A stretch of DNA of 64,000 nt from Clostridia bacterium (GTDB lineage Bacteria > Bacillota > Clostridia > Christensenellales > Aristaeellaceae), in contig JAFUFC010000179.1 of assembly GCA_017470095.1 (NCBI GenBank), positions 3,333-67,332 on the forward strand. Direction: 5' to 3'. Each line of letters starts with the position of its first letter. Position 1 is the stretch's first letter. The position numbers were made by a program, and so were the translations under genes. This document shows, piece by piece, positions 44,770 through 52,895 of the stretch. The notes under the pieces are model-generated. The model searched no databases, was not told the DNA's origin, and was given only the letters and a program-made list of their open reading frames with translations.

Positions 44770-45042
44770 TTATAACGGTGCCACCACCGGCCGCCTTCCG
44801 TTTTCCCGGGTAACCCGGTAAAAGCCAATTAAATTGCCGGGACGGGTGCGCTGGTAGACATCCAGCACAGCCTGGGTATCCCGCAGTTCAAAGCGTACAG
44901 ACAGGCCGCAGCCCACGGACACATCCTTGGGCGTGGAAATTACCTGGGAGCGAATGCCCGCCCGGTTCAGCGCGTTATCAAAGCGCATCACCTGCTGCCG
45001 GGAACGAAAGGCAGCGATTCCGAATATTTCCTGCATGGTCAT
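44770..45042 (-). CDS. DUF3343-like small protein (putative S/Se carrier-like)
   Basis: AAFRSRQQVMRFDNALNRAGIRSQVISTPKDVSVGCGLSVRF matches the DUF3343 pattern with its conserved Cys. GGGAGG lies 6 nt upstream of ATG 45042. Confidence 0.65.
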   Translation of the reverse strand: MTMQEIFGIAAFRSRQQVMRFDNALNRAGIRSQVISTPKDVSVGCGLSVRFELRDTQAVLDVYQRTRPGNLIGFYRVTRENGRRPVVAPL

Positions 45043-45112
45043 GCTTTTCCTCCCTTCCTCATACATTGTATGGCAGCGGCCCGTATCCGGTGCCGTGCGG
45101 GGAGGAAAAAGC

Positions 45113-46240
45113 ATGATTTATCTGGATAACGCGGCCACCAGCTATCCCAAGCCGCCGGAAGTGATTGACGCGGTGCGCAACGCCATGGAAAACATCGGGG
45201 GCAATCCGGGACGAGGCGGTCATGCCGGGGCCCTGGCCGGGGGAAAAATCATCGAAAACTGCCGGGAAAAAGCAGCAGAGTACCTGGGAGCGGAAAAACC
45301 GGAACAGGTGGTGTTTTGCTTCAACTGCACCGACGCTTTGAACACCGCCATCCGGGGCACGCTGCACGAAGGGGACGAAGTGATCGTTTCCCACGCGGAG
45401 CACAACGCCGTCATGCGGCCTCTGATGGGCTACCATGACGCCGGAAAAATTACCCTGCGCATCCTGCCGCCGGAAGCAAACGGCTTGCTCTCCCCTGACA
45501 CTGTGCGCGCCGCTATCAACGGCAAAACGGCCCTGTGCATCCTTTGCCACGCCAGCAACGTGACCGGCATCCTTCAGCCAGCCAGGGAAATCGCCGCCGT
45601 CTGCCACGCCCAGGGCGTACCCCTGCTGTTAGACGCGGCCCAGACCGCCGGGACGGAGGATATCGCCGCCGTCAACGCGGACATGATCGCCCTGCCGGGC
45701 CACAAGGGGCTGCTGGGCCCCATGGGCACGGGGCTCTTGTGCCTGCGCCACGGCATGCTGCCCCGACCCCTTCGGGAAGGGGGCACAGGGTCCGTATCCG
45801 AAAGCCTGCGGCAGCCTGCCATGCTGCCAGACCGGTATGAAAGCGGAACGGCTAACCTGCCGGGCATCGCTGGGCTGAACGCCGGGCTGGATTTCGTCAT
45901 GCGCCACGGCAGCGCCATCCGGGAATACGAACACACCCTGGCCAGCCGATTGCGGAACGGGCTGAAAAACATCCACGGCGTCACAGTGTATGGAGCGGAT
46001 CACGCGCCCCAAACGGCAGTGATCAGCTTTAATGTGGGCACCATGGAAAGCGGTGAAGCAGCGGACGCCCTGAACCGGCAGAACATCGCCCTGCGCGGCG
46101 GGCTGCATTGTGCTCCTTCCATCCACGCCTGGCTGGGCACCACCCAGAATGGGGCCGTGCGGGCCAGCATTGGGCCTTTCAATACGGAACAGGATATAGA
46201 TGCTCTGCTCTTGGCCGTCCAGCATTTGTCCCAAACGTAA
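45113..46240 (+). CDS. Class V aminotransferase / cysteine desulfurase-family protein
   Basis: MIYLDNAATSYPKP, the PLP-lysine context ALPGHKGLLGP, and a SufS-like catalytic loop LRGGLHCAPS. Confidence 0.85.
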   Translation: MIYLDNAATSYPKPPEVIDAVRNAMENIGGNPGRGGHAGALAGGKIIENCREKAAEYLGAEKPEQVVFCFNCTDALNTAIRGTLHEGDEVIVSHAEHNAVMRPLMGYHDAGKITLRILPPEANGLLSPDTVRAAINGKTALCILCHASNVTGILQPAREIAAVCHAQGVPLLLDAAQTAGTEDIAAVNADMIALPGHKGLLGPMGTGLLCLRHGMLPRPLREGGTGSVSESLRQPAMLPDRYESGTANLPGIAGLNAGLDFVMRHGSAIREYEHTLASRLRNGLKNIHGVTVYGADHAPQTAVISFNVGTMESGEAADALNRQNIALRGGLHCAPSIHAWLGTTQNGAVRASIGPFNTEQDIDALLLAVQHLSQT

Positions 46241-46303
46241 CCGCATACAAAATCTTCCTTTTGGGCATGCTGAACGCAGCACCAAAAAGGAGGATTGTTT
46301 TGT

Positions 46304-46855
46304 ATGACCACTACCCCTGCCACCCAGCGCCGCTTATGGGACGCATTCGCCGCCGAAAGCGCAGCATACATGAAATACACTTTCTACGCCCAGGCTGCCC
46401 GCCGGGAAGGGTTGCACCAAATTGCCGATATTTTTGATGAAACCGCCAAGAACGAGGAGGCCCACGCCCGGCTTTGGTTCACCGCCCTGGGGGAATTAGC
46501 GGAAGGAAACCAGCCTGGAGATACCCTGAAAAACCTGCTCTCCGCCGCCGATGGCGAACACATGGAATGGACGGAGCAATACAAGCAATGCGCCGCCGAC
46601 GCGAAAAAGGAAGGGAACGCTCCCCTGCAAAAGCAGTTTGAGGGTGTGGCCGCCATCGAGGCCTCCCACGAGGACCGGTTCCGGGCGCTGATCGGCCATC
46701 TGCAAAACGACACGGTCTTTTCCCGCCCCCAGCAGGATAACACCTGGCGCTGCCGCTTCTGCGGCCACTTGCAAAGCGGCGATCAGGCGCCGCAAAGCTG
46801 CCCTGTGTGCAGCCATCCCCAGGGCTATTACGAATTGAACGCTACCAATTACTGA
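46304..46855 (+). CDS. rbr: Rubrerythrin
   Basis: A diiron ferritin-like domain (ESAAYMKYTFYA...EEAHA...EHMEW...EASHEDRF) plus a C-terminal rubredoxin CRFCG...CPVC. Confidence 0.85.
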   Translation: MTTTPATQRRLWDAFAAESAAYMKYTFYAQAARREGLHQIADIFDETAKNEEAHARLWFTALGELAEGNQPGDTLKNLLSAADGEHMEWTEQYKQCAADAKKEGNAPLQKQFEGVAAIEASHEDRFRALIGHLQNDTVFSRPQQDNTWRCRFCGHLQSGDQAPQSCPVCSHPQGYYELNATNY

Positions 46856-46980
46856 AGAACCGCGGCTTTCAGCCGGATATGCCGCCACATTTCCGATCGT
46901 TTGTTTACAAGTTTTGTGGATGACAGATGGGGAAAAGTGTGGTATACTGACTGTACTACCGCGTAAGGAGGAATTTCCTG

Positions 46981-47490
46981 ATGAAGAAATGCTTTTCCAT
47001 TCTGCTGCTGATCTGCCTGATGGCCGCCCTGGTGCCTGCTCAGGCTGCCACCACCAATCTGGCCGCCATCCGCATCAATGAGTTCATGGCCTCCAATGGC
47101 AAAACCATTGATGACAAAAACGGCGAAAGCACCGACTGGATCGAGCTCTACAACACCAGCGACGAGGATGTGAACATCCAGGGCCTGTGCCTGTCCGACG
47201 GAAAAAAGAACCTGGAAAAATACGTCTTTGGCGACACCGTGATTCCCGCGCACGACTATCTGCTCATCTTCGCCACCGGCACCGAAGAAGTGGTTGACGG
47301 CGAAATCCATGTGAGCTTTAAGCTCAGCGCCAGCGGCGAAAAAGTGGTCATCTCCTATCAGGGCGTGATTCTGGACAGCATCAGCTTTGATGAACAGGAA
47401 AAAGACGTTTCGATGGCTCGGGTGGACGAGCGCAACTGGAAATATACCAGCTTGCCCACGCCCGGCGCGGAAAACGCCTTTGAAGATTGA
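46981..47490 (+). CDS. Secreted lamin-tail-domain (LTD) protein
   Basis: The signal peptide is MKKCFSILLLICLMAALVPAQA. IRINEFMASN...STDWIELYNTSDEDVNIQGLCLSD is the typical LTD signature. Confidence 0.65.
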   Translation: MKKCFSILLLICLMAALVPAQAATTNLAAIRINEFMASNGKTIDDKNGESTDWIELYNTSDEDVNIQGLCLSDGKKNLEKYVFGDTVIPAHDYLLIFATGTEEVVDGEIHVSFKLSASGEKVVISYQGVILDSISFDEQEKDVSMARVDERNWKYTSLPTPGAENAFED

Positions 47491-47551
47491 GACGAAGGGG
47501 CGAAAGGTTCTCAATTGTTTCAATATAATTACGAAACTGTGTCAAGTTGCA

Positions 47552-47580
47552 TTGCAATTTGGCACGGTTTTTGGTATACT
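47552..47580 (+). promoter_or_regulatory. Promoter of the MoxR operon (extended -10)
   Basis: TTGCAA (47552-47557), 17-nt spacer, TGgTATACT with the -10 box at 47575-47580. Confidence 0.55.
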
Positions 47581-47659
47581 GAAATGGATACGGGGTGATG
47601 CTATCATTGTGCCCGTTCATGAATCAAAGATTTTTGTTTTTTTCAGAAAGGAGCCCCTT

Positions 47660-48628
47660 ATGCAATATGCTTCCGCTCCGGCTCAGCCCCGGCCTTTGGT
47701 GTACGCTTTACAGCAGAATATCCGCAAGGTGATCGTGGGCAAGGATGAAGCCATCGAGCTTTTGCTCATCGCCCTGGTGTGCCGGGGCCACGTGCTGATT
47801 GAGGATGTGCCCGGCGTGGGCAAAACCACCATGGCTGCCGCCCTGGCAAAATCCCTACAGTGCTCCTTCAAGCGCATCCAGTTCACCCCCGATGTAACAC
47901 CCTCGGACGTCACTGGCTTTACCATGGTCAACCTGCAAAACGGGGAAATGGAATTCAAGCCCGGCGCCGTCATGAGCCAAATTGTGCTGGCTGACGAAAT
48001 CAATCGCACCTCTCCCAAAACCCAGTCCGCCTTGCTGGAAGTGATGGAGGAAGGTCAGGTGACGGTAGATGGCGTGACCCATAAACTGCCCCAGCCTTTC
48101 ATGGTCATGGCCACTCAAAATCCCGTGGATTTCGTGGGCACCTATCCTTTGCCAGAAGCGCAGATGGACCGGTTCTTCCTGCGCATCAATATTGGCTATC
48201 CTACTATTGAGGAAGAAACCGACGTGCTGGAAAGATATTCCGGCCAGGTGACCCCCATGCAGACCCTTACCCCCGTGTGCGGTGCTGATGAAATCATCTC
48301 CATGCAAGAGCAACTGGGCACCGTGTACGCCAGTAAAGAAGCCCGCAGCTACGTGGCCACCATCACCGCCATGACCCGCAATCATCCCTCCCTGCAATTG
48401 GGCGCGTCCCCCCGGGGGTCCATCGCGCTGCTCAGGGCGGCCCAGGCCTGCGCCCTGCTCAGCGGCCGGGATTATGTCCTGCCCGATGATATCCGTCATA
48501 TGGCGCTGCCGGTGCTATCCCACCGCTTGGTGCTAACGCCGGAAGCGCGGATGAAGGGCATTTCCGCTTCCCAGGTGCTGAGCCAATTGATTGAAACAGT
48601 GCCGGTACCCACCGGCCGGGTGGGATGA
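47660..48628 (+). CDS. MoxR-family AAA+ ATPase
   Basis: VLIEDVPGVGKTT (Walker A), VLADEINRTSPKTQSALLEVMEE and MVMATQNP. GAAAGGAG RBS. Confidence 0.9.
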   Translation: MQYASAPAQPRPLVYALQQNIRKVIVGKDEAIELLLIALVCRGHVLIEDVPGVGKTTMAAALAKSLQCSFKRIQFTPDVTPSDVTGFTMVNLQNGEMEFKPGAVMSQIVLADEINRTSPKTQSALLEVMEEGQVTVDGVTHKLPQPFMVMATQNPVDFVGTYPLPEAQMDRFFLRINIGYPTIEEETDVLERYSGQVTPMQTLTPVCGADEIISMQEQLGTVYASKEARSYVATITAMTRNHPSLQLGASPRGSIALLRAAQACALLSGRDYVLPDDIRHMALPVLSHRLVLTPEARMKGISASQVLSQLIETVPVPTGRVG

Positions 48629-49779
48629 TGACTCGCCGCGGCCTGGCGGTGCTGACCGCCCTGCTCACCAGCGGTTTCTGTGCCCTGTCTCTGGGAGGAC
48701 CGTTGTATTTTTACGTGGCCATTTTGCTGCTGCTGGTAATGGTATACAGCTTCATCAGCTGCCTGTGGGCCTGGAAAACGGCGGAAGCTCGCCAGCATTT
48801 GAGCACTCCGGCCGTTTCCAAAGGCGAAACGGCCCAGTTGGTGCTGCGTGCGGAGCACCGGTGTCCCCTGCCGGTGGCCCCGTTGGCGGGGGATTTCGTC
48901 TATGCGGGCCAGCCCATTGAATGCGCCTTCGGCTCCGCGCCTTTCCGCACCCACGAACGCCGTGTGTCCCTGACGGCCCGACATGTGGGCCTGTATAACG
49001 CACAAATGACTCAGCTCGTTGTGCAAGATATTTTCGGCCTGTTTTTCATGAAAAAACGGCCCCGACAGCAAGGCGCCACCCTGACCGTGCTCCCCCGGCC
49101 CTTCGATATCGAAAAGCCCCGGTTCACCTTGGGGGATGACGGCAGCGCCGCTCTGTCCCGCACCCAGGAGGATTACAACGCGCCGGAGGATGTGCGCTCC
49201 TATCAGCCGGGAGACGCCATGAAGCGCATCCACTGGAAGCTGTCCTCCCGGAAGCGGGAGCTTTTGGTGCGCCGTTTTGAAACCCCTGCCCCGCCGGACA
49301 CCCTGATTCTCCTGGACTGCGATAGGCCCTTGGGCGGCGAAAACATCCCCGAAGGCAAGGAAAACCTGCGGGACGCCCTGTGTGAAACGGCAGTGGCGGT
49401 GGCCAATTTGCAAATGGCGGATGGCAGCCCGGTTCGTTTGCCCATCTACGGAGACAAAGCCAATGAATTTTCCTCCGATCACAAAGCCAGCCTGTCCCTG
49501 TTGCAAGAAATGCTGGCCTGCCAGCCCTTTGGCAGCGGGGAGGATTTTGCCCGGGTGCTGAATCTGGAATTGCGCCGCATGCGCCGCACCGGAGCCACCA
49601 TCGTGATCACCACTCGGCTGGACGCCCCCATCGTGGACGGTGTCAGCCGCATCCGCCGTATGGGCCCCAGCGCCCGGCTGTATCTGGTCACCTATACCCC
49701 GGATAACCCTGATTACCAGCCCTACGTTTCCCGTTTGCAGCATCATTTGGTGGAGGTTTGCTATGTCACGCCCGCATGA
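48625..49779 (+). CDS. DUF58 domain protein (vWA-like, MoxR partner)
   Basis: Two N-terminal TM segments and the DVRSYQPGDAMKRIHWKLSSRKRELLVRRFE motif typical of DUF58. It overlaps the moxR stop. Confidence 0.8.
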   Translation: MMTRRGLAVLTALLTSGFCALSLGGPLYFYVAILLLLVMVYSFISCLWAWKTAEARQHLSTPAVSKGETAQLVLRAEHRCPLPVAPLAGDFVYAGQPIECAFGSAPFRTHERRVSLTARHVGLYNAQMTQLVVQDIFGLFFMKKRPRQQGATLTVLPRPFDIEKPRFTLGDDGSAALSRTQEDYNAPEDVRSYQPGDAMKRIHWKLSSRKRELLVRRFETPAPPDTLILLDCDRPLGGENIPEGKENLRDALCETAVAVANLQMADGSPVRLPIYGDKANEFSSDHKASLSLLQEMLACQPFGSGEDFARVLNLELRRMRRTGATIVITTRLDAPIVDGVSRIRRMGPSARLYLVTYTPDNPDYQPYVSRLQHHLVEVCYVTPA

Positions 49780-52033
49780 AGAACAAATCAAAGCGGCTGT
49801 GATGCAGTTTTTCACGGTGCTTTTGTTGAGCATGGGCTTATCGCTGACCGCGCTCAAAGCCCTGCTGCCCTTGCAGGCCCTATGGCCCGCGGCGCTTTTG
49901 TGCGTCCTGATTTCCCTGGTATTTGAAGGGCTGTATTTGCTGCCCCTACGAAAAAAATGGATTTTTCCCCTGGGCCTTGCGGTGGGCTTAGGCATTTGGG
50001 CCCTGTTTGGCGGCGGCCCTGTGCACACCGCCATTCAGTTGGTGAAGGCCGCTTTTTTGACTCTTCGGGGCATCCCAGACGCCGCCGTTCCTTACGCCGA
50101 CGCCGCCCGCTGGGCCGTATGCCTGGTTTTTACCCTGCTGGCAGCGGCTCTGGCTTGGGATGACACCCTGCCCTTGGCTTTTTTCGCCGTCACCACCATC
50201 CTGGCGCTGATCTTCATTTTCAGCGCCCAGGCCAATCTGCTGTTGTATGCCTTGCCAGCTGCCGCTGGGCTGCTGCTGATGCTGGCCCGGAGCCAGGAAA
50301 AGCGCGTCTCTCCCCTGCCATTGGTGGCACTGCTTGTGATTGCCGCGTTCTTTCTCATGCCTTCCAAGCCAGCGGCCCTTCCTCAGCTGGCGAAAATCAG
50401 CAGTGATATCCGCCAGTTCGTGGAAGATTACCTGCTTTTTAACGAAGTGCGCGCTTCCTTCAGCCTGGCCAGTGAAGGCTTCCAGCCTCTGGAAGATCGG
50501 CTGGGCGGACCAGCTCGACCGGAAAAGCACACCGTCATGGAAGTGACCACCGATCGCACGCTGCTGCTCAAGGGTAAGGCATACAATGAATACACGGGGC
50601 TGAACTGGATCGATACCCTATCCGCCAGAAGGTATCTGTACGCTTCCCCTCGCTTCACCGCCTTGAAGGAAGAACTGTTCGACCTGAATCGTCCTTTGCT
50701 TTCTCCCCTCGCCGCGCCGGAAACCGCCCGGGTGCACCTGCTCAGCAACGGCACCACCACCCTGTTCACCCCCGCCCACACCCGCACCCTGCAAATGGAA
50801 AGCGAACGGATGGTGCTGTATTACAACCTGGCCAGCGAATTATTCATCACCCGCAACCTGGAAACCAGCGACAGCTACACCCTCACCTACCTGCCCTACA
50901 TCGCGGGCAGCCAAATGACGGCCCAGGCCGTTGCCGCCTGCGCGGCGATGGAGGACCCACACTACGCCGAAGCGGCGGAAAATTACCTCAAGGTGCCCCG
51001 GCATATCCAGCAGGAAATCTACGATATTGCCGCCCGTGCAGCCGGTAACGCCGCCACGCCCTACGAGCAGGCCATGAACATCATGCGCTACCTGCGTTCT
51101 CATTACCGCTACCGGCTGGATGTGCAGGTGCCGCCGGCGGGCGTCGACTTTGTGGCCTGGTTCCTGATCGGCGAAAGAGAGGGCTACTGCACCTACTTTG
51201 CCACTGCCATGACGGTGCTGTGCCGCATCATGGGCATCCCGGCCCGTTATGTGACGGGCTATGTGGCCGCCCCGGATGAGAGCGGCGTGGCCGTTGTCAC
51301 CGGTGAGGAGGCCCACGCCTGGACGGAGATTTACCTGAACGGCTTTGGCTGGCTGGCCATCGACGCCACGCCCCGAAGCCAGGATGACGACCCCAACGGC
51401 AACGATGGCGAAAACCAGGAGCATGACGGCGATACGCCGCCCTCCCCCACGCCCACGCCGGAACCCACCCAGGAGCCCACGCCTGATCCAGACACTGCCC
51501 CCAGCGACGCCCCAACCCAGGAACCGGACGGCGCCGATGCGCCGCCCCCCACACCGACGCCGCCGCCGGAAGGCACCGACGGGGCTGCCACCCCAACACC
51601 GCCGCCCTTCGCGCAGGAAGAAAACGAAAAGGATTTGCCTTTCCGATGGTGGCTACTTCTGCTCTTGCTTATCCTCGTCACCCTGATTGCCCGATATTTG
51701 CTAACGGAGCCTCTGCGCCAGGCCACCAGGCATCCCCAGCAGGCGGCAGAAATCCTGTTTGCCGCCATCGCGGCGCTGCTTTCCAAACGTGGCATCCGGA
51801 AAATGCCCCAAGAAACCCTGCACGAATTTGCCGCCCGGGCCGATAACGCCCTGTCTGGCCAGCAGCTGCCTTCCATGGGTGCTCTGGCCGATCAGCTGGC
51901 CGGCCAGCTTTATGGTCATCACCCCGCCGACGCGGCCCCCTTCCGCAGCGCCTACACGGCCTTGCGCAGCGACGCCAAGCCCTGGGTGCGGGCAGAATTG
52001 GCCCTGAAACGGATGGTAACATTCCAAAGGTAA
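49763..52033 (+). CDS. Transglutaminase-like membrane protein
   Basis: A polytopic N-terminus, then the transglutaminase core EGYCTYFATAMTVLCRIMGIPARYVTGY...AHAWTEIYLNGFGWLAIDAT, a Pro/Thr/Asp-rich tract and a C-terminal TM plus helical domain. GGAGG lies 7 nt upstream of ATG 49763. Confidence 0.8.
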   Translation: MSRPHEEQIKAAVMQFFTVLLLSMGLSLTALKALLPLQALWPAALLCVLISLVFEGLYLLPLRKKWIFPLGLAVGLGIWALFGGGPVHTAIQLVKAAFLTLRGIPDAAVPYADAARWAVCLVFTLLAAALAWDDTLPLAFFAVTTILALIFIFSAQANLLLYALPAAAGLLLMLARSQEKRVSPLPLVALLVIAAFFLMPSKPAALPQLAKISSDIRQFVEDYLLFNEVRASFSLASEGFQPLEDRLGGPARPEKHTVMEVTTDRTLLLKGKAYNEYTGLNWIDTLSARRYLYASPRFTALKEELFDLNRPLLSPLAAPETARVHLLSNGTTTLFTPAHTRTLQMESERMVLYYNLASELFITRNLETSDSYTLTYLPYIAGSQMTAQAVAACAAMEDPHYAEAAENYLKVPRHIQQEIYDIAARAAGNAATPYEQAMNIMRYLRSHYRYRLDVQVPPAGVDFVAWFLIGEREGYCTYFATAMTVLCRIMGIPARYVTGYVAAPDESGVAVVTGEEAHAWTEIYLNGFGWLAIDATPRSQDDDPNGNDGENQEHDGDTPPSPTPTPEPTQEPTPDPDTAPSDAPTQEPDGADAPPPTPTPPPEGTDGAATPTPPPFAQEENEKDLPFRWWLLLLLLILVTLIARYLLTEPLRQATRHPQQAAEILFAAIAALLSKRGIRKMPQETLHEFAARADNALSGQQLPSMGALADQLAGQLYGHHPADAAPFRSAYTALRSDAKPWVRAELALKRMVTFQR

Positions 52034-52039
52034 ATAAAA

Positions 52040-52076
52040 ATGGACAGTCGATTTTGTATCGGCTGTCCATTTTCAT
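52040..52076 (+). terminator. Terminator of the MoxR-DUF58-transglutaminase operon
   Basis: atggacag-t-cgat-tttgt-atcg-g-ctgtccat, followed by TTTTCAT. Confidence 0.75.
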
Positions 52077-52317
52077 CGGGCAATCGTATTATAAGAAATT
52101 GACGCATTCCGTGTATGCCCCGAACCCACCCTGGCGCGGCGACCGGCGTTATGGGAATAAAGGTGCGATATCAACATGCGCATGTGATGGATGCTGGGGA
52201 TCAATAGAAAAGGCGGATTCGAACCACCATTCTGCTCCCCCGCGCAGAAACCAACTATACGGCTCATTCTCAGCCGCAGAGATCCCGCCCGCTTCGCCGC
52301 GTTACCGTCACACGGAT

Positions 52318-52776
52318 TTATTGTTCGTCCAATTCCACCGTCCAATTGGCTGCCTGAATCCGGGCATCCAGTTCCCGCAGGGCCTTGGACCGCTGATCCA
52401 GTTCCTTTTGCAACGCAGCCACATTCACAGTGCTGATTACCTTAATTTCGCTTTGCCGCGCCCGATCGGACAGGGCGGATGCCGCATCCAGGAAAGAGCG
52501 CAGATGCTGCAATTGCCCCTTCCGGGCATCCCGCTGGGCCAGAAGCACAGTGAGCGGCTCCCCATCGCACAGGGCACGGCTGTTGGTCAAATTGATTTGT
52601 GCCACCAGCGTTTCCAGCCGAGCGGTCATGTTTTCCAGTTCCTTCAGCAGGGCTTTGGGATCCTCGGCAGGCTTTTCCCCTTCCTGCACCCGGGCATTAT
52701 TGTACAGCCTGGCGCTCATCTGGTCGACCCGCTTTTGCAAATCGGCCCGCTCCAGCAATGCTTGCGCTAATTTCAT
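52318..52776 (-). CDS. DIP1984-family-like coiled-coil protein (152 aa)
   Basis: MKLAQALLERADLQKRVDQMSARLYNNARVQEGEKPAEDP... matches my recollection of that family. GGAGG lies 8 nt upstream of ATG 52776. Confidence 0.55.
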   Translation of the reverse strand: MKLAQALLERADLQKRVDQMSARLYNNARVQEGEKPAEDPKALLKELENMTARLETLVAQINLTNSRALCDGEPLTVLLAQRDARKGQLQHLRSFLDAASALSDRARQSEIKVISTVNVAALQKELDQRSKALRELDARIQAANWTVELDEQ

Positions 52777-52860
52777 GGGCTTGTTCCTCCAGTTTTCTTT
52801 TTCAGCGATATAATAACACAAATTCCACTTCCCGGCAAGCCTGCGCCACATAAAAAGGGC

Positions 52861-52890
52861 CGCCGCAAAAGCGGCGACCCAAACTCCACC
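52861..52890 (-). terminator. Terminator after the second flavoprotein reductase gene
   Basis: GC-rich stem cgccgc-aaaa-gcggcg, followed on the minus strand by CCCTTTTTAT. Confidence 0.65.
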
Positions 52891-52895
52891 AAGAA

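Noticed and set aside
47387-48628. The 413-aa long form of the MoxR ATPase, and similar N-terminal extensions (11016 GH43, 13024 thrS, 43762 recO, 44927 desulfurase, 49640 transglutaminase, 52956 DIP1984-like, 54914 flavoprotein, 62422 ecfT, 41072 prfC, 35327 HAD).
   Set aside because: In each case the conserved family N-terminus begins at an internal ATG preceded by a good Shine-Dalgarno sequence. The upstream extension also overlaps a neighbouring gene, promoter or terminator.
52196-52240. A functional tRNA gene on the minus strand (GGTTCGAATCC T-loop).
   Set aside because: There is no acceptor-stem partner for the 3' TTTTCTA. The candidate anticodon stem encloses an 8-nt loop. The spacing from the D-loop-like AGTTGG to the T-loop is about 8 nt too short, and there is no CCA or discriminator context. 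It is kept only as a tRNA-like remnant in the findings.
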